Positions 20,188 to 29,705 of a DNA stretch of 64,000 bases are shown here, one piece after another; the stretch's first letter is position 1; each line of letters starts with the position of its first letter. The notes beneath the pieces are model-generated. The model searched no databases. It worked only from the letters and a program-made list of their open reading frames with translations, and was not told the DNA's origin. The DNA is from an uncultured Chloroflexia bacterium. GTDB lineage: Bacteria; Chloroflexota; Limnocylindria; Limnocylindrales; CSP1-4. The DNA lies in NCBI GenBank assembly GCA_963748625.1, contig CAVVJT010000003.1, positions 160,001-224,000 of the forward strand. Direction: 5' to 3'. The translations under genes and the position numbers were made by a program.

Positions 20188-22482
20188 CTACCGGATCACG
20201 GTGAACGCGTCGATGTCGACGCGCGGACGATTTGCGGTGCCGAGGCACGTGATCTTCACCGTGTGCCTTGCTGACGTCGTCCACGACTTCGAGAACACGA
20301 TCCGCCGGTTCTGCGTGGAGCCGGCCCGCAGGTCGATGATGACGGGTGTGGCACCGTCGACAGAGACCGACGCCTTGCCGAGGCCGGTCCCCCGCATCGC
20401 GACCCAGGCGACAGCCCGTCCCGTGAATGCGAACGTGGCCGAAGCGCCTCGCGCGGTCGTGGCCCTGTACGACCCTCCGGATGCTCCCGTGGCACGGACG
20501 GTCTTCCAGGTCCCGCGCCAGGCGACCGCCGGGCTCGACTGCTGGCTCAGGAGCACACGGAACGTCGATCCGGGTCTGTCCGTGGAGGAGTTGGCCGCGT
20601 AGTCGGTCGCGCGGGACCGGAACCGGTACGTCCTCGTCGAGGATGCGGTGAGCGCTCGAATGACGGACGGTGTCACCGGGGACGACACGGTGACCCAGCT
20701 GCCACCGTTCGTCTGCTGCTGCAGCCGGTTCGCCTTGACGTTCGAGCCTGCGTCCGTGGCAGACCAGCGGACCTCGACGGGCACGGACGTCCGCCCCAGA
20801 ATTCCGCCAAGGTGGATCGAGACGCCTGGTGGGCCCACCGAAGGCAGCGTCTGGTCGGAGATCGGGATCAGTGCCGCGTCTTCCCAGTCTGCCGTGTAGC
20901 CGGCGCCGGACCAGTAGCCCGAGCGATACGGGGAGCCGAGCGGCGGGTCGATGGACAGCTTGTAGGAACCGCTGACAAGGCCGGATACGGTGAAGTTCCC
21001 GTTCGCATCCGTCTCGACGCCCCCGGGCCCAAACTCCCAGATCCCGCCAGACGACAGACCCGCGAAGACGCCGATCCCAGCGAGCGGCACGCCGCCGGGA
21101 CCCGTGACCCTGCCACTGATCGTGTTGCCGAGCGGGAGCACGATCGCGACCCCGCCGACGCTCGTGGTACCGACCTTCACCGGGATCGTGGCGTACGGGT
21201 CGGGGTTCGAGCGGCCGGCGGCATAGCCAATGACGACGTGATGCGCGGCGCCTGCCTGGATCTCGTACGACCCGGGGGGCACGTTGCGGACGGTCCACGT
21301 GCCGTCCGCACCCGTCACGGCACGAGCGCACCCGAGGTCCGGATCGCACGCGTTGAGCATCGCGTTGGCGACGGGCCCCGCAACGTCGCGAACCGTGCCG
21401 GACAGCGTCGGCAGCACGGGCAGGGCTGCTTGAAGCCCACTCACGTCACCCGCGGTGGTGTCGATCGCCACCCCCTCCGTGGACTGATCGACGAGGACCT
21501 CTCCGGGGCCGTTGTAGTTCCCGTACGGGAAGTTGCCGCCGAGGCTCTCCGGGACGGTGAACTGGAGGTGGTAGGAGCCCGGATACAGGCCCCTGACCTT
21601 GAACTCGCCGTCGGCATCGACCGGGAACAGGACGCTGGTCGAGGCATCGAGCGCCCGCACCTCGACCAGCTTGCCGGTCGCTCCTACGAGGGTGCCGCTG
21701 ATCGACCGGCCACGGGACAGCGTGATGTCCTGGTCCGTCAGGTCGGCCGCGACGACCTCATATCCCGTCGGCACGACCTCGCTGTCCTCCGCCACGACGA
21801 TGCCGTCAACCACGACGCCGCTCGGGAAGTCGCTGCCGTCGGGTCCGTAGACGCGCAGCGTGTAGGTGCCAGGCGTGAGGCCGACGACCTGGTAGTGGCC
21901 GTCGACGTTCGACGCGACCGACGAGCCGCTGACGGGCCCGTCCGCCGAGACCCACGCGCCCGGGACAGGGTCGCCCTCGGGGCTCTTCACGAGACCGGTG
22001 ATCCGAAGGCCATCGGCCAGGTGGATCTCGCGCCCGGCGACGTTCGCCGCGACGACGATCGAGACTGCGTCCGCCGGGTCCTGCGACCCGCCGGGCATGC
22101 CGATGTCCCACGCGCCGAACAGGTTGGTGCCCTCCGGGGCGAGCGCCTGGAGCAGATAGCTGCCATCAGGGACCGGCTGGATCGTGAACGTCCCGTCTGC
22201 TTCCGACACCCCATCGCCCCCGTCGAAGCAGTTGTCGACGGAGGAGCACAACCCCACCGAGGCGCCGGCGACCGGATTGCCGTGCGTGTCCATCACGATC
22301 CCGGAGACGGACAGGCCAACGGGGAGCTGCACGTTCTTGCCGGTCGCGCTCGCCGCGACGGCAACGGGGGGCGCTACCAGCGCCGCGGCCACCACGATGG
22401 CGACGGCTATCGAGAACATCGCCCGGATCGAGCCCCTCACCACGTCCCTCCCTCGTCCCGACCGAATCCGGTCCCGGGCCAC
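20188..22482 (-). CDS. Secreted protein with tandem carboxypeptidase-regulatory-like beta-sandwich repeats and a C-terminal FN3-like plus beta-sandwich module
   Basis: Signal-like hydrophobic N-terminus; repeated I(S/T)G.V..P.G.PV.GA...DG.Y...GL.PG.Y.L; start uncertain. Confidence 0.75.
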   Translation of the reverse strand: MARDRIRSGRGRDVVRGSIRAMFSIAVAIVVAAALVAPPVAVAASATGKNVQLPVGLSVSGIVMDTHGNPVAGASVGLCSSVDNCFDGGDGVSEADGTFTIQPVPDGSYLLQALAPEGTNLFGAWDIGMPGGSQDPADAVSIVVAANVAGREIHLADGLRITGLVKSPEGDPVPGAWVSADGPVSGSSVASNVDGHYQVVGLTPGTYTLRVYGPDGSDFPSGVVVDGIVVAEDSEVVPTGYEVVAADLTDQDITLSRGRSISGTLVGATGKLVEVRALDASTSVLFPVDADGEFKVRGLYPGSYHLQFTVPESLGGNFPYGNYNGPGEVLVDQSTEGVAIDTTAGDVSGLQAALPVLPTLSGTVRDVAGPVANAMLNACDPDLGCARAVTGADGTWTVRNVPPGSYEIQAGAAHHVVIGYAAGRSNPDPYATIPVKVGTTSVGGVAIVLPLGNTISGRVTGPGGVPLAGIGVFAGLSSGGIWEFGPGGVETDANGNFTVSGLVSGSYKLSIDPPLGSPYRSGYWSGAGYTADWEDAALIPISDQTLPSVGPPGVSIHLGGILGRTSVPVEVRWSATDAGSNVKANRLQQQTNGGSWVTVSSPVTPSVIRALTASSTRTYRFRSRATDYAANSSTDRPGSTFRVLLSQQSSPAVAWRGTWKTVRATGASGGSYRATTARGASATFAFTGRAVAWVAMRGTGLGKASVSVDGATPVIIDLRAGSTQNRRIVFSKSWTTSARHTVKITCLGTANRPRVDIDAFTVIR

Positions 22483-22561
22483 GGTAGCCCGAGGACCAGC
22501 GTCGAGTGAAGGCCAGCCGGCCCGTGTGCGAACGCCGAAGCGACCTGAGCCGCCTGAATCG

Positions 22562-22597
22562 AAAACGCCCCCGGGGCCCGAAGGCCCGGGGGCGTTT
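22562..22597 (-). terminator. Intrinsic terminator of pnp
   Basis: Minus strand AAACGCCCCCGGGCC-TTCG-GGCCCCGGGGGCGTTTTC just after the pnp stop. Confidence 0.85.
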
Positions 22598-22609
22598 GCC
22601 AGTACGGGG

Positions 22610-25195
22610 TTACTTGGCGAGGTGCCGCTGCATCGCAGCCTTGCGGCTGAGGTTCACGCGGCCCTGGCGGTCGATCTCGGTGACCACCACCATGACCTCG
22701 TCGCCGACGGACACGACGTCCTCGACGCTGGGCACGTGGTAGTCGGCGAGCTCGCCGATCCGGATGAGGCCTTCCTTGCCGGGCAGGATCTCCACGAAGC
22801 AGCCGAAGTTCATCAGCCGGGTGACCTTGCCGAGGTACAGGGAGCCGACCTCGACCTCACGGGTGAGGCTCTCGATCCACTGGATCGCCTTGCGCGAGTT
22901 CTCGCCGGAGACGGCCGCGATCTCGACGGTGCCGTCATCCTCGACGTTGATCTCGGTCTGGGTCTCCTCCTGGATCTTGCGGATCATCGACCCACCCTTG
23001 CCGATGATCTCGCGGATCTTCTCGGGGTTGATCTTGATCGTGATGATGCGCGGCGCGAAGTCGCTCATCGTCTCGCGGGCGGACGGCAGGACCTCGGTCA
23101 TCTTGTCGAGGATGTGCAGGCGGGCCGCAAGGGCCTGCTTGAGCCCCTCGCGGATGACCCGCTCGTCGATCCCCTTGACCTTGATGTCCATCTGCAGGGC
23201 GGTGATGCCCTCGGACGTCCCGGTCACCTTGAAGTCCATGTCGCCGATCGAGTCCTCCTTGCCGAGGATGTCGGTCAGCACCACGAAGTTGCCGGTGTCG
23301 CCATCGAGCACGAGGCCCATCGCAGCGCCGGCGACCGGCGCCTTGATCGGCACGCCCGCGTCCATGAGGGCGAGGGTCGAGCCGCAGGTCGACGCCATGG
23401 ACGTGGAGCCGTTGCCGGCCACGACCTCGGAGACGAGGCGGATGACGTACGGGAACTCCTCCTGCGACGGCAGGACGGGCAGGAGCGCGCGGGCGGCCAG
23501 GTTGCCGTGGCCGATGTCGCGCCGGCTCGGGCCGCGCATGGGCTTGTTCTCGCCCGTGCTGTACGGCGGGAAGTTGTAGTGGTGCAGGTACCGCTTCTCG
23601 GTCTCAGGGCTGATCGTGTCGATCCGCTGCACGTCCGAGGACGCACCGAGGGTGGCGACGGTCAGGGCCTGGGTCTGGCCGCGGGTGAACAGGCCCGAGC
23701 CGTGCGCGCGCGGCAGAAGGCCAACCTCGACCGAGATCGGGCGGACCTCGTCGGTGGCGCGGCCGTCCATGCGGAGGCCCTCGGTCAGCACGAGCTGGCG
23801 GACGGTCTTCTTCTGGACGAGGTTGAACAGGCTCTTGGAGACGCGCGCCTCGCGGCGGGCGGCCTCCAGCTTCGTCGCGGACGCGGCGGCGTCGCCCTTG
23901 ACGGCGCGGATCGCGTCGGCGATACCGGCCTTGAGGGTCTCGATCCGGCCCGGGAGGTCCTTGCCGAACCAGATGAGCAGGTTCGCGGTGGCCTCGGCGT
24001 CCGGCAGCGCGCGGTGGCTCTCCTTCAGCTCGACACCGAAGAAGTTGGCCAGGGTCGCCAGCTTGTAGTTCTCGAGGTCCGGGTAGCCCTCACGTGCGAT
24101 CACGAGCGTGTCAAGGTACGCGCCCTGCTCCACGCGGGTGCCGTCGGCGAGCGCCTCCTGGAGGAAGGCGATGTCGAAGCCGACCGAGTGGCCGACCATC
24201 GGCGCGCTGCCCACGAAGTCGAGCGCCTTGCGGGCAGCCTCGGCCGGGGCCATGGCGCCCTTGACGTCCTTGTCCGTGATGCCGTGCATCTGGTTGCCGA
24301 CGATCGGGCGTCCGGGGTTCACGAAGGTGGACCAGCGGTCGGTGATCTTGCCACCCTTGACGCGGACCGCGGCAACCTCGACGAGGTCGGCCATCTTCGG
24401 GTCCGTGCCGGTGGTCTCGACATCCACGACGACGAACTCGCCGCCCGCCTTCGCCAGTGCGGCGAACGTGAGCACGGAGTCGGTGTTGGGCTCGATGTAC
24501 GGCACGCGCTTGGGCTTGCCCACGAGCTCCCGGAGCTTCTCCTGGATCTCGATGAGCGGCACGAGCGCGCGGTGCCCGAAGAGGATGGCCTCGGCCATGA
24601 CGTCCTCGGGGAGGATCTTGACGCCCGCCTCGACCATCATGATGGCGTCGCGGGTGCCCGAGACGACAAGGTCGAGCTCGCTGTCCGCGAGCTGGGGGTA
24701 CGTCGGGTTGAGGACGAACTCGCCATCGATGCGGCCGACGCGCACGGCGCCGACGGGCCCCTGGAACGGGATCTCGCTGATGGTGAGGGCGGCGGATGCG
24801 GCGATGGTGCCGAGGATGTCCGGGTCGTTCTCGTGGTCCGTCGAGAGGACCGTGATCACGAGCTGGATATCGTCCTTGTAGCCCTCGGGGAAGAGCGGGC
24901 GGATCGGGCGGTCCGTGAGGCGCGCGGCGAGCGTCGCGGCCTCGGACATGCGACCCTCGCGCTTGATGAAGCCGCCGGGGATCTTGCCCGCGGCGTACAT
25001 CCGCTCTTCGAACTCGACCGTCAGCGGGAAGAAGTCGAGGCCGGGGCGGGGCTCGGACCGGTTCGCGGTACCGAGGACCATCGAGTCGCCGTAGCGCAGG
25101 GTGACGGCGCCGCCCGCGAGGCCGGCGAGCTTGCCGGTCTCGAGCGTGAGGGTGCGACCGCCGAACTCGATCTCGAGAGTGGTGGGAGTGGGCAC
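22610..25195 (-). CDS. pnp: Polyribonucleotide nucleotidyltransferase (PNPase, 861 aa) with an inserted DEDDh exonuclease domain
   Basis: AAGGAGGT SD plus GTG; PH1 (DFFPLTV, GKIPGGF, DRPIRPLFP), PH2 (RAHGSGLFTRGQTQ, HYNFPPYS, GDMDFKV), KH (IIGKGG), S1; follows rpsO. Confidence 0.97.
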   Translation of the reverse strand: MPTPTTLEIEFGGRTLTLETGKLAGLAGGAVTLRYGDSMVLGTANRSEPRPGLDFFPLTVEFEERMYAAGKIPGGFIKREGRMSEAATLAARLTDRPIRPLFPEGYKDDIQLVITVLSTDHENDPDILGTIAASAALTISEIPFQGPVGAVRVGRIDGEFVLNPTYPQLADSELDLVVSGTRDAIMMVEAGVKILPEDVMAEAILFGHRALVPLIEIQEKLRELVGKPKRVPYIEPNTDSVLTFAALAKAGGEFVVVDVETTGTDPKMADLVEVAAVRVKGGKITDRWSTFVNPGRPIVGNQMHGITDKDVKGAMAPAEAARKALDFVGSAPMVGHSVGFDIAFLQEALADGTRVEQGAYLDTLVIAREGYPDLENYKLATLANFFGVELKESHRALPDAEATANLLIWFGKDLPGRIETLKAGIADAIRAVKGDAAASATKLEAARREARVSKSLFNLVQKKTVRQLVLTEGLRMDGRATDEVRPISVEVGLLPRAHGSGLFTRGQTQALTVATLGASSDVQRIDTISPETEKRYLHHYNFPPYSTGENKPMRGPSRRDIGHGNLAARALLPVLPSQEEFPYVIRLVSEVVAGNGSTSMASTCGSTLALMDAGVPIKAPVAGAAMGLVLDGDTGNFVVLTDILGKEDSIGDMDFKVTGTSEGITALQMDIKVKGIDERVIREGLKQALAARLHILDKMTEVLPSARETMSDFAPRIITIKINPEKIREIIGKGGSMIRKIQEETQTEINVEDDGTVEIAAVSGENSRKAIQWIESLTREVEVGSLYLGKVTRLMNFGCFVEILPGKEGLIRIGELADYHVPSVEDVVSVGDEVMVVVTEIDRQGRVNLSRKAAMQRHLAK
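23965..24439 (-). other. DnaQ/PolC-like DEDDh 3'-5' exonuclease domain inside PNPase
   Basis: ExoI FVVVDVETTG, ExoII VGHSVGFD, LDTL, YKLATLA, ExoIII HRALPDA. Confidence 0.92.
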
Positions 25196-25283
25196 GAGCA
25201 AACGACCTCCTTGGTCGTGGATGGAGGGAGCGACCTCAGGCGGGTTGGCCTGGGCTCGCCGGGAAAGCAGGGCCGGATGCGAA

Positions 25284-25308
25284 CGACCCCGGGACGCTCC
25301 CGGGGTCG
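25284..25308 (-). terminator. Hairpin after rpsO (terminator or processing stem)
   Basis: cgaccccggga-cgc-tcccggggtcg inverted repeat in the rpsO-pnp spacer. Confidence 0.6.
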
Positions 25309-25323
25309 CGATGCGGCAAGTGC

Positions 25324-25593
25324 TTAGCGGCGCAGTCCGAGCGAGCCGATGACGGCCCGGTAGCGCGCAGGGTCCTTCTTCACGAGATACGCGAGAAGGC
25401 GACGGCGCTGGCCCACGAGCTTGAGGAGGCCGCGGCGCGAATGATTGTCCTTCGGGAAGCGTCGGAGGTGTTCGGTCAGGTCCCGGATACGCTCCGTCAG
25501 GAGGGCGATCTGGACCTCGGGCGAACCGGTGTCGCCGTCCTTGACAGCGTACTCCGCGATGACCTCTTGCTTCTTCTCCCGCGCGAGCGGCAC
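25324..25593 (-). CDS. rpsO: 30S ribosomal protein S15
   Basis: [13 protein letters not shown]...[23 protein letters not shown]. Confidence 0.98.
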   Translation of the reverse strand: MPLAREKKQEVIAEYAVKDGDTGSPEVQIALLTERIRDLTEHLRRFPKDNHSRRGLLKLVGQRRRLLAYLVKKDPARYRAVIGSLGLRR

Positions 25594-25709
25594 TCGATCC
25601 TCCGACACGAACGATGGCGTGACTACACAATTTGTTCTTCGACCGGGGCAGGATAGCAGGGCATCCACATTTCGCCAAACGGGGCGGCTCCCCGGCAGCC
25701 GCCACCCGA

Positions 25710-26705
25710 TCAGGCGACAGTCCGGCCCGCGGCTTCGAACAGACGCTCCAGGACCCGCATGTTGGCGATGGCATCGGCCATGGGTACAGGCGTGGGGTCA
25801 CCGTCGAGGACCGCCGCTGAGAAGGCGTCCACCTCGCATGCATACGGGTCGGCCGGCGCGAGCTCGATCACATCGGTCTGCCAGTCCTCAGGCGCGTTTC
25901 TGCCAGTCGTGACACGGATGCGGGTGGGGATCGTGGGCGGGATGTTGAACGGGATGTCGATCGCAATCCGGCCCGTCGAGCCGTAGATGTGGACGCGCTG
26001 GTCCGGCTCCACCCGCGTCGAGCAGGTGAACGATGCCACGCCGCCTGCGAAGCGCATCGTGCCTGAGGTCAGGACGTCCACGTCTGAGGCCGGGTCGACC
26101 ACCATCACCGCGGCCACCTCAAGCGGCTCAGCACCGAACAGGAGTCGCGAGAGGTTGACGTTGTAGCAGCCGATGTCGTAGAGCGCGCCGCCCCCCATGG
26201 AGCGGACGCTGCGGATGTCCAACGGATCGTCGAGGAAGTAGCTGAACCAGCTGTCGACCGCACGCAGCTCGCCGATGGCCCCGTCCGCCACCAGCTTGCA
26301 GGCCGCCTGCCACGAGGGATGGTGGCGGTACATGAAGGCTTCCATAAGCACCCGCCCGGTGGCCTCCGCCTCAGCCGCCATGCGCTCGGCCTCCGCCACG
26401 TTCAGGCCGACCGGCTTCTCGCATAGCACGTGCTTGCCGGCCCGGAGCGCCGCGATCGTCCACTCCGCGTGCAGATTGTTCGGGAGCGGGTTGTAGATGG
26501 CGTCCACGTCCGGATCAGCCAGGAGCTGCTCGTACGACCCATAGGCCTTCGGGATGCCGAGCTCGCCGGCCACGCGCTCCGCCGTGGCGGCATGGCGTGA
26601 TGCGATGGCCACGACCTCGGCCCGCCCGGCCCGGTGCATGCCCGGAATGACCTTCCCGGTCGCGATCCGCGCGGTCGAGAGCACGCCCCAGCGGAGAGTT
26701 TCCAC
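25710..26705 (-). CDS. Gfo/Idh/MocA family oxidoreductase
   Basis: [31 protein letters not shown]. Confidence 0.92.
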   Translation of the reverse strand: METLRWGVLSTARIATGKVIPGMHRAGRAEVVAIASRHAATAERVAGELGIPKAYGSYEQLLADPDVDAIYNPLPNNLHAEWTIAALRAGKHVLCEKPVGLNVAEAERMAAEAEATGRVLMEAFMYRHHPSWQAACKLVADGAIGELRAVDSWFSYFLDDPLDIRSVRSMGGGALYDIGCYNVNLSRLLFGAEPLEVAAVMVVDPASDVDVLTSGTMRFAGGVASFTCSTRVEPDQRVHIYGSTGRIAIDIPFNIPPTIPTRIRVTTGRNAPEDWQTDVIELAPADPYACEVDAFSAAVLDGDPTPVPMADAIANMRVLERLFEAAGRTVA

Positions 26706-26796
26706 GCGTTCCTCCATCGTCCGTCCTGCCAGGGTCCCGATGATGCGGCCTGCCGCCGGATCGCGCTCGGTGGAGCACGGGGACGGTGTGTCGCGG

Positions 26797-27570
26797 CTAG
26801 GCGCCGAAACGGACCCGAACGCGGGATCCCGCCGGGACGGGTGGCACCACGAGCCGCCCTCCATCAACGAGCACGTCGACGCGATGCTCGCGCGTCCCGG
26901 TGTCGAGTGCCGCGGGCCACCGTCCGTCCGGTGGCAGCATCACCGGCAGCGGGAACGCCACGACCGTGTCCTCTCCCTCATCCTCGTCCCGACTGGCCAC
27001 CCCGACCACGGTGTGCGGCCGGCCCAGGAGCTCAGCAGCCGTGTCCAGGTCGCCCGCGCCGATGGCCGTGCGGACCTCCGTGCTGCGTACCGAGCGTCCG
27101 TCCAACGTGAACGGCGGCACCACCACCACGTCGAACCCCTGCTCGATCCCGAGCGCCGCGAGCGCCTCGGGCGTGCCCTCGCGCCGGTAGCCGAAGGCGG
27201 CGTCGGGGGTCATCAGGAAGCCGGCCACGGGCGCACGGTCGGCGATGGCCGCCAACGAAGTCCCGGTAGGTGGTCTCGCGCAGCCGCTGGTCGAAGTGGA
27301 CCACCACGGTCGCGGCAACCCCTTCCGATCGGAGACGCTCCAGGCGCTCATGTGGGTCGCACAGGAGCGGCGGCGCCTGGCCCGTGATCACCTCGTCGGG
27401 GTGGTGGTCGAACGTGACCACGACCGGGCGGGCGGCCCGCCTGCCGGCCTCGGCAACAAGATGCTCCAGCAGGTACGCGTGCCCGCGGTGGAGACCGTCG
27501 AACACCCCGACGACCACGAACACGGGTGACTCGCTGCGGGGAGGTCGGCAAGGCCGCGTGCGACGTCCAC
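26797..27570 (-). pseudogene. ribF: RibF-like FAD synthetase interrupted by two frameshifts (real or sequencing artefact); kinase domain degenerate
   Basis: MDVARGLADLP / GVFDGLHRGH..VTFDHHP / FGYRREG..VRSTEVRTAI..AAELLGRP alternate between frames; follows truB. Confidence 0.75.
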
Positions 27571-27573
27571 GGA

Positions 27574-28674
27574 CTAGGCCTCCCCGTCCCCCGCCGGAGA
27601 CGGCGCGGGGATCGGCTCGGCGACCGTTGGCGCCGGCAGGTCCGATGTCATGGGCTCCGCCGGCAGATCCGATGTCACGGGCTCCGCCGGCAGGTCGCCC
27701 GTTGGTGCCGGCGCGGCGGCGATCGGTCTCCCGCCCTCCGACGGCCGATCGACGAGAACCTTCTGCGGGTGGAGCAGCCCGCCCACCGCCCTGCAGACCG
27801 CAGCCACCTTGCCGTCCGGCGTCATCGCCAGCACCAAGGGTGCGTCGCGGATCTCCATCGGCGTCTTGGGGCCGGTCACAAGGCCCTCCCACATGCGGCG
27901 GACCTCGTCCCAGGTGATCCGGGCGTGCGGCAGATCCTCCAGGCCGGCATCCATGGGGCGCAGGGCCAGCTCGATGCCGGCAGGCCCGTCGGCAGCGTGC
28001 TCGCGCAGCTCGTCGAACGAGACGGCGTCGTCGGCTGTGAAGTGACCGGACGCCGTGCGCACGAGGGCGCCGAGATAGGCGCCGCTATCCAGGCCCTTCC
28101 CGAGGTCACGCGCCAGCGCCCGGATGTACGTCCCGGCGGAGCACCGCACGTCCACGACGGCGATTGGCCTGGCCGGGTCCGCGTCGTCCCACTCGAGCAG
28201 CGCCGCCTCCAGGATGACGACCTCGCGCGGCGCCAGAACAACCTCCTCGCCGCGACGGGCCATCTGGTAGGCACGCCGGCCTTCGACCTGTACGGCGCTG
28301 TACTGGGGAGGCACCTGCAGCTGGGGCCCGACCGATTCGCGAAGCGCCGCCTCGAGGGCCGCGCGGGTGACCAGCGGGCCGTCAACCGTCACGCGTTCGC
28401 CGTCGATGTCGTCAGTGGTGGACGTCTCACCGAAGCACAGCGTCGCCCGGTAGCGCTTGGGCATGCCCAGGTGGTACTCGGCGAGGCGGGTCGCCTTGCC
28501 CAGGAAGATCGGCAGCACGCCCGCGGCGAATGGATCGAGCGTTCCGCCGTGACCCACGCGGCGCGTGGACGAGAGCCTGCGCACGAGACCTACCACGTCG
28601 TGGGAGGTGGGACCGGACGGCTTGGCGACCACGAGGACCCCGTCGAGGCCACCGCTCCGGTCCCGCGGGCTCAC
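27574..28674 (-). CDS. truB: tRNA pseudouridine(55) synthase
   Basis: KPSGPTSHDVV, VGHGGTLDPFAAGVL, CSAGTYIRALARD. Confidence 0.97.
   Translation of the reverse strand: MSPRDRSGGLDGVLVVAKPSGPTSHDVVGLVRRLSSTRRVGHGGTLDPFAAGVLPIFLGKATRLAEYHLGMPKRYRATLCFGETSTTDDIDGERVTVDGPLVTRAALEAALRESVGPQLQVPPQYSAVQVEGRRAYQMARRGEEVVLAPREVVILEAALLEWDDADPARPIAVVDVRCSAGTYIRALARDLGKGLDSGAYLGALVRTASGHFTADDAVSFDELREHAADGPAGIELALRPMDAGLEDLPHARITWDEVRRMWEGLVTGPKTPMEIRDAPLVLAMTPDGKVAAVCRAVGGLLHPQKVLVDRPSEGGRPIAAAPAPTGDLPAEPVTSDLPAEPMTSDLPAPTVAEPIPAPSPAGDGEA
27632..27696. repeat. 27-bp coding repeat, about 2.4 copies, in the TruB tail (DLPAEPxTS)
   Basis: gccggcag(g/a)tccgatgtca(t/c)gggctcc read directly. Confidence 0.85.
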
Positions 28675-29705
28675 CGCCGGACCTCGCCTGCCAGGCGCTG
28701 CGCCACGTCGAGCACGACCGGGATCGCCGCCTCGAGCGGCAGCGGGACCGACGCCCCGGCCGCGCGCGCATGGCCGCCGCCACCGAAGACGCCCGTCAGG
28801 ACCGTGGCATCGACGCCGCCAGGCTTCGTCCGCACCGACAGGCGGGTGGCGCCGTCGGCATAGCCCTTGAACAGCATCGCGACCTCGGCGGCCTCCGCCT
28901 GCGCCAGCAGGTCGATGATCCCCTCGGAGTGGGCGCCGATGGCGCCGGTCGCGACCAGGTCCGCCTCGGTGAGGGTGGACCAGATGACCAGGTGGTCCTC
29001 GCTCGCGACGAGCCGGTCCAGCACCCGCCCGAAGAGGCGCAGCTGGGCGTCGGGCTTCGTGCGGTACAGGCGGCGCGAGATGTCGGACAGCGGGGCGCCG
29101 GCCTCGACGAGCGCCGCCGCCACGGCGAGCGTGCGTGGCGTGGTGTTCGGATGGGCGAAGGTGGCGGTGTCCATGACGACGCCGGCCATCAGCGCGTTCG
29201 CGAGGACGCCATCGTGCAGTCCGAGGGGCAGCCCGAGCCGGACCGCAAGCAGCGCGACCAGCTCGCAGGTTGCCGCGGCGTCGGGATCGATCCAGTCGAG
29301 GTCGCTGCCATCGTTGTTGGACGCGTGGTGGTCGATGATGACCCGCGGCAGCTTCGCGAACAGCTCCGCGTTCCGCTGGGCCACGTCGCCCACCCGGTCG
29401 GCGGTCGCACAGTCGCACAGGACCAGCAGGTCGTAGGCTTCGGCTGGATCGGGATCGCGGCGGAAGCGCTCGACACCGGCGATGAAGCCGTAGAGCGGCG
29501 GCACGGGGTCCGTCGAGATGGCGGTGGCCCGGCCACCCAGCGCCTCGACGAGATGGCAGATGCCCAGGACCGCGCCGAGGGTGTCGGCATCGGGATTCTC
29601 ATGGCTGACCGCGAGCACGTGGCGGGCACCGCGGATCCGCTCCAGCACGGGCGCCGGGACGGTCTGCATCGCGAGCCCGCTGATGTCCACGTGCTGGGGC
29701 CTCAA
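28671..29705 (-). CDS. nrnA: DHH family phosphoesterase (NrnA-like nanoRNase/pAp phosphatase)
   Basis: HENPDAD, IIDHH, DTATF, GGGGHARAAG; between rbfA and truB; start uncertain. Confidence 0.9.
   Translation of the reverse strand: MRPQHVDISGLAMQTVPAPVLERIRGARHVLAVSHENPDADTLGAVLGICHLVEALGGRATAISTDPVPPLYGFIAGVERFRRDPDPAEAYDLLVLCDCATADRVGDVAQRNAELFAKLPRVIIDHHASNNDGSDLDWIDPDAAATCELVALLAVRLGLPLGLHDGVLANALMAGVVMDTATFAHPNTTPRTLAVAAALVEAGAPLSDISRRLYRTKPDAQLRLFGRVLDRLVASEDHLVIWSTLTEADLVATGAIGAHSEGIIDLLAQAEAAEVAMLFKGYADGATRLSVRTKPGGVDATVLTGVFGGGGHARAAGASVPLPLEAAIPVVLDVAQRLAGEVRR

Noticed and set aside
23965-24439. PNPase insert as an intein or mobile intron
   Set aside because: No Cys/Ser N-terminal block, no His-Asn plus Cys/Ser/Thr C-terminal junction and no LAGLIDADG motif; the motifs are those of a DEDDh exonuclease
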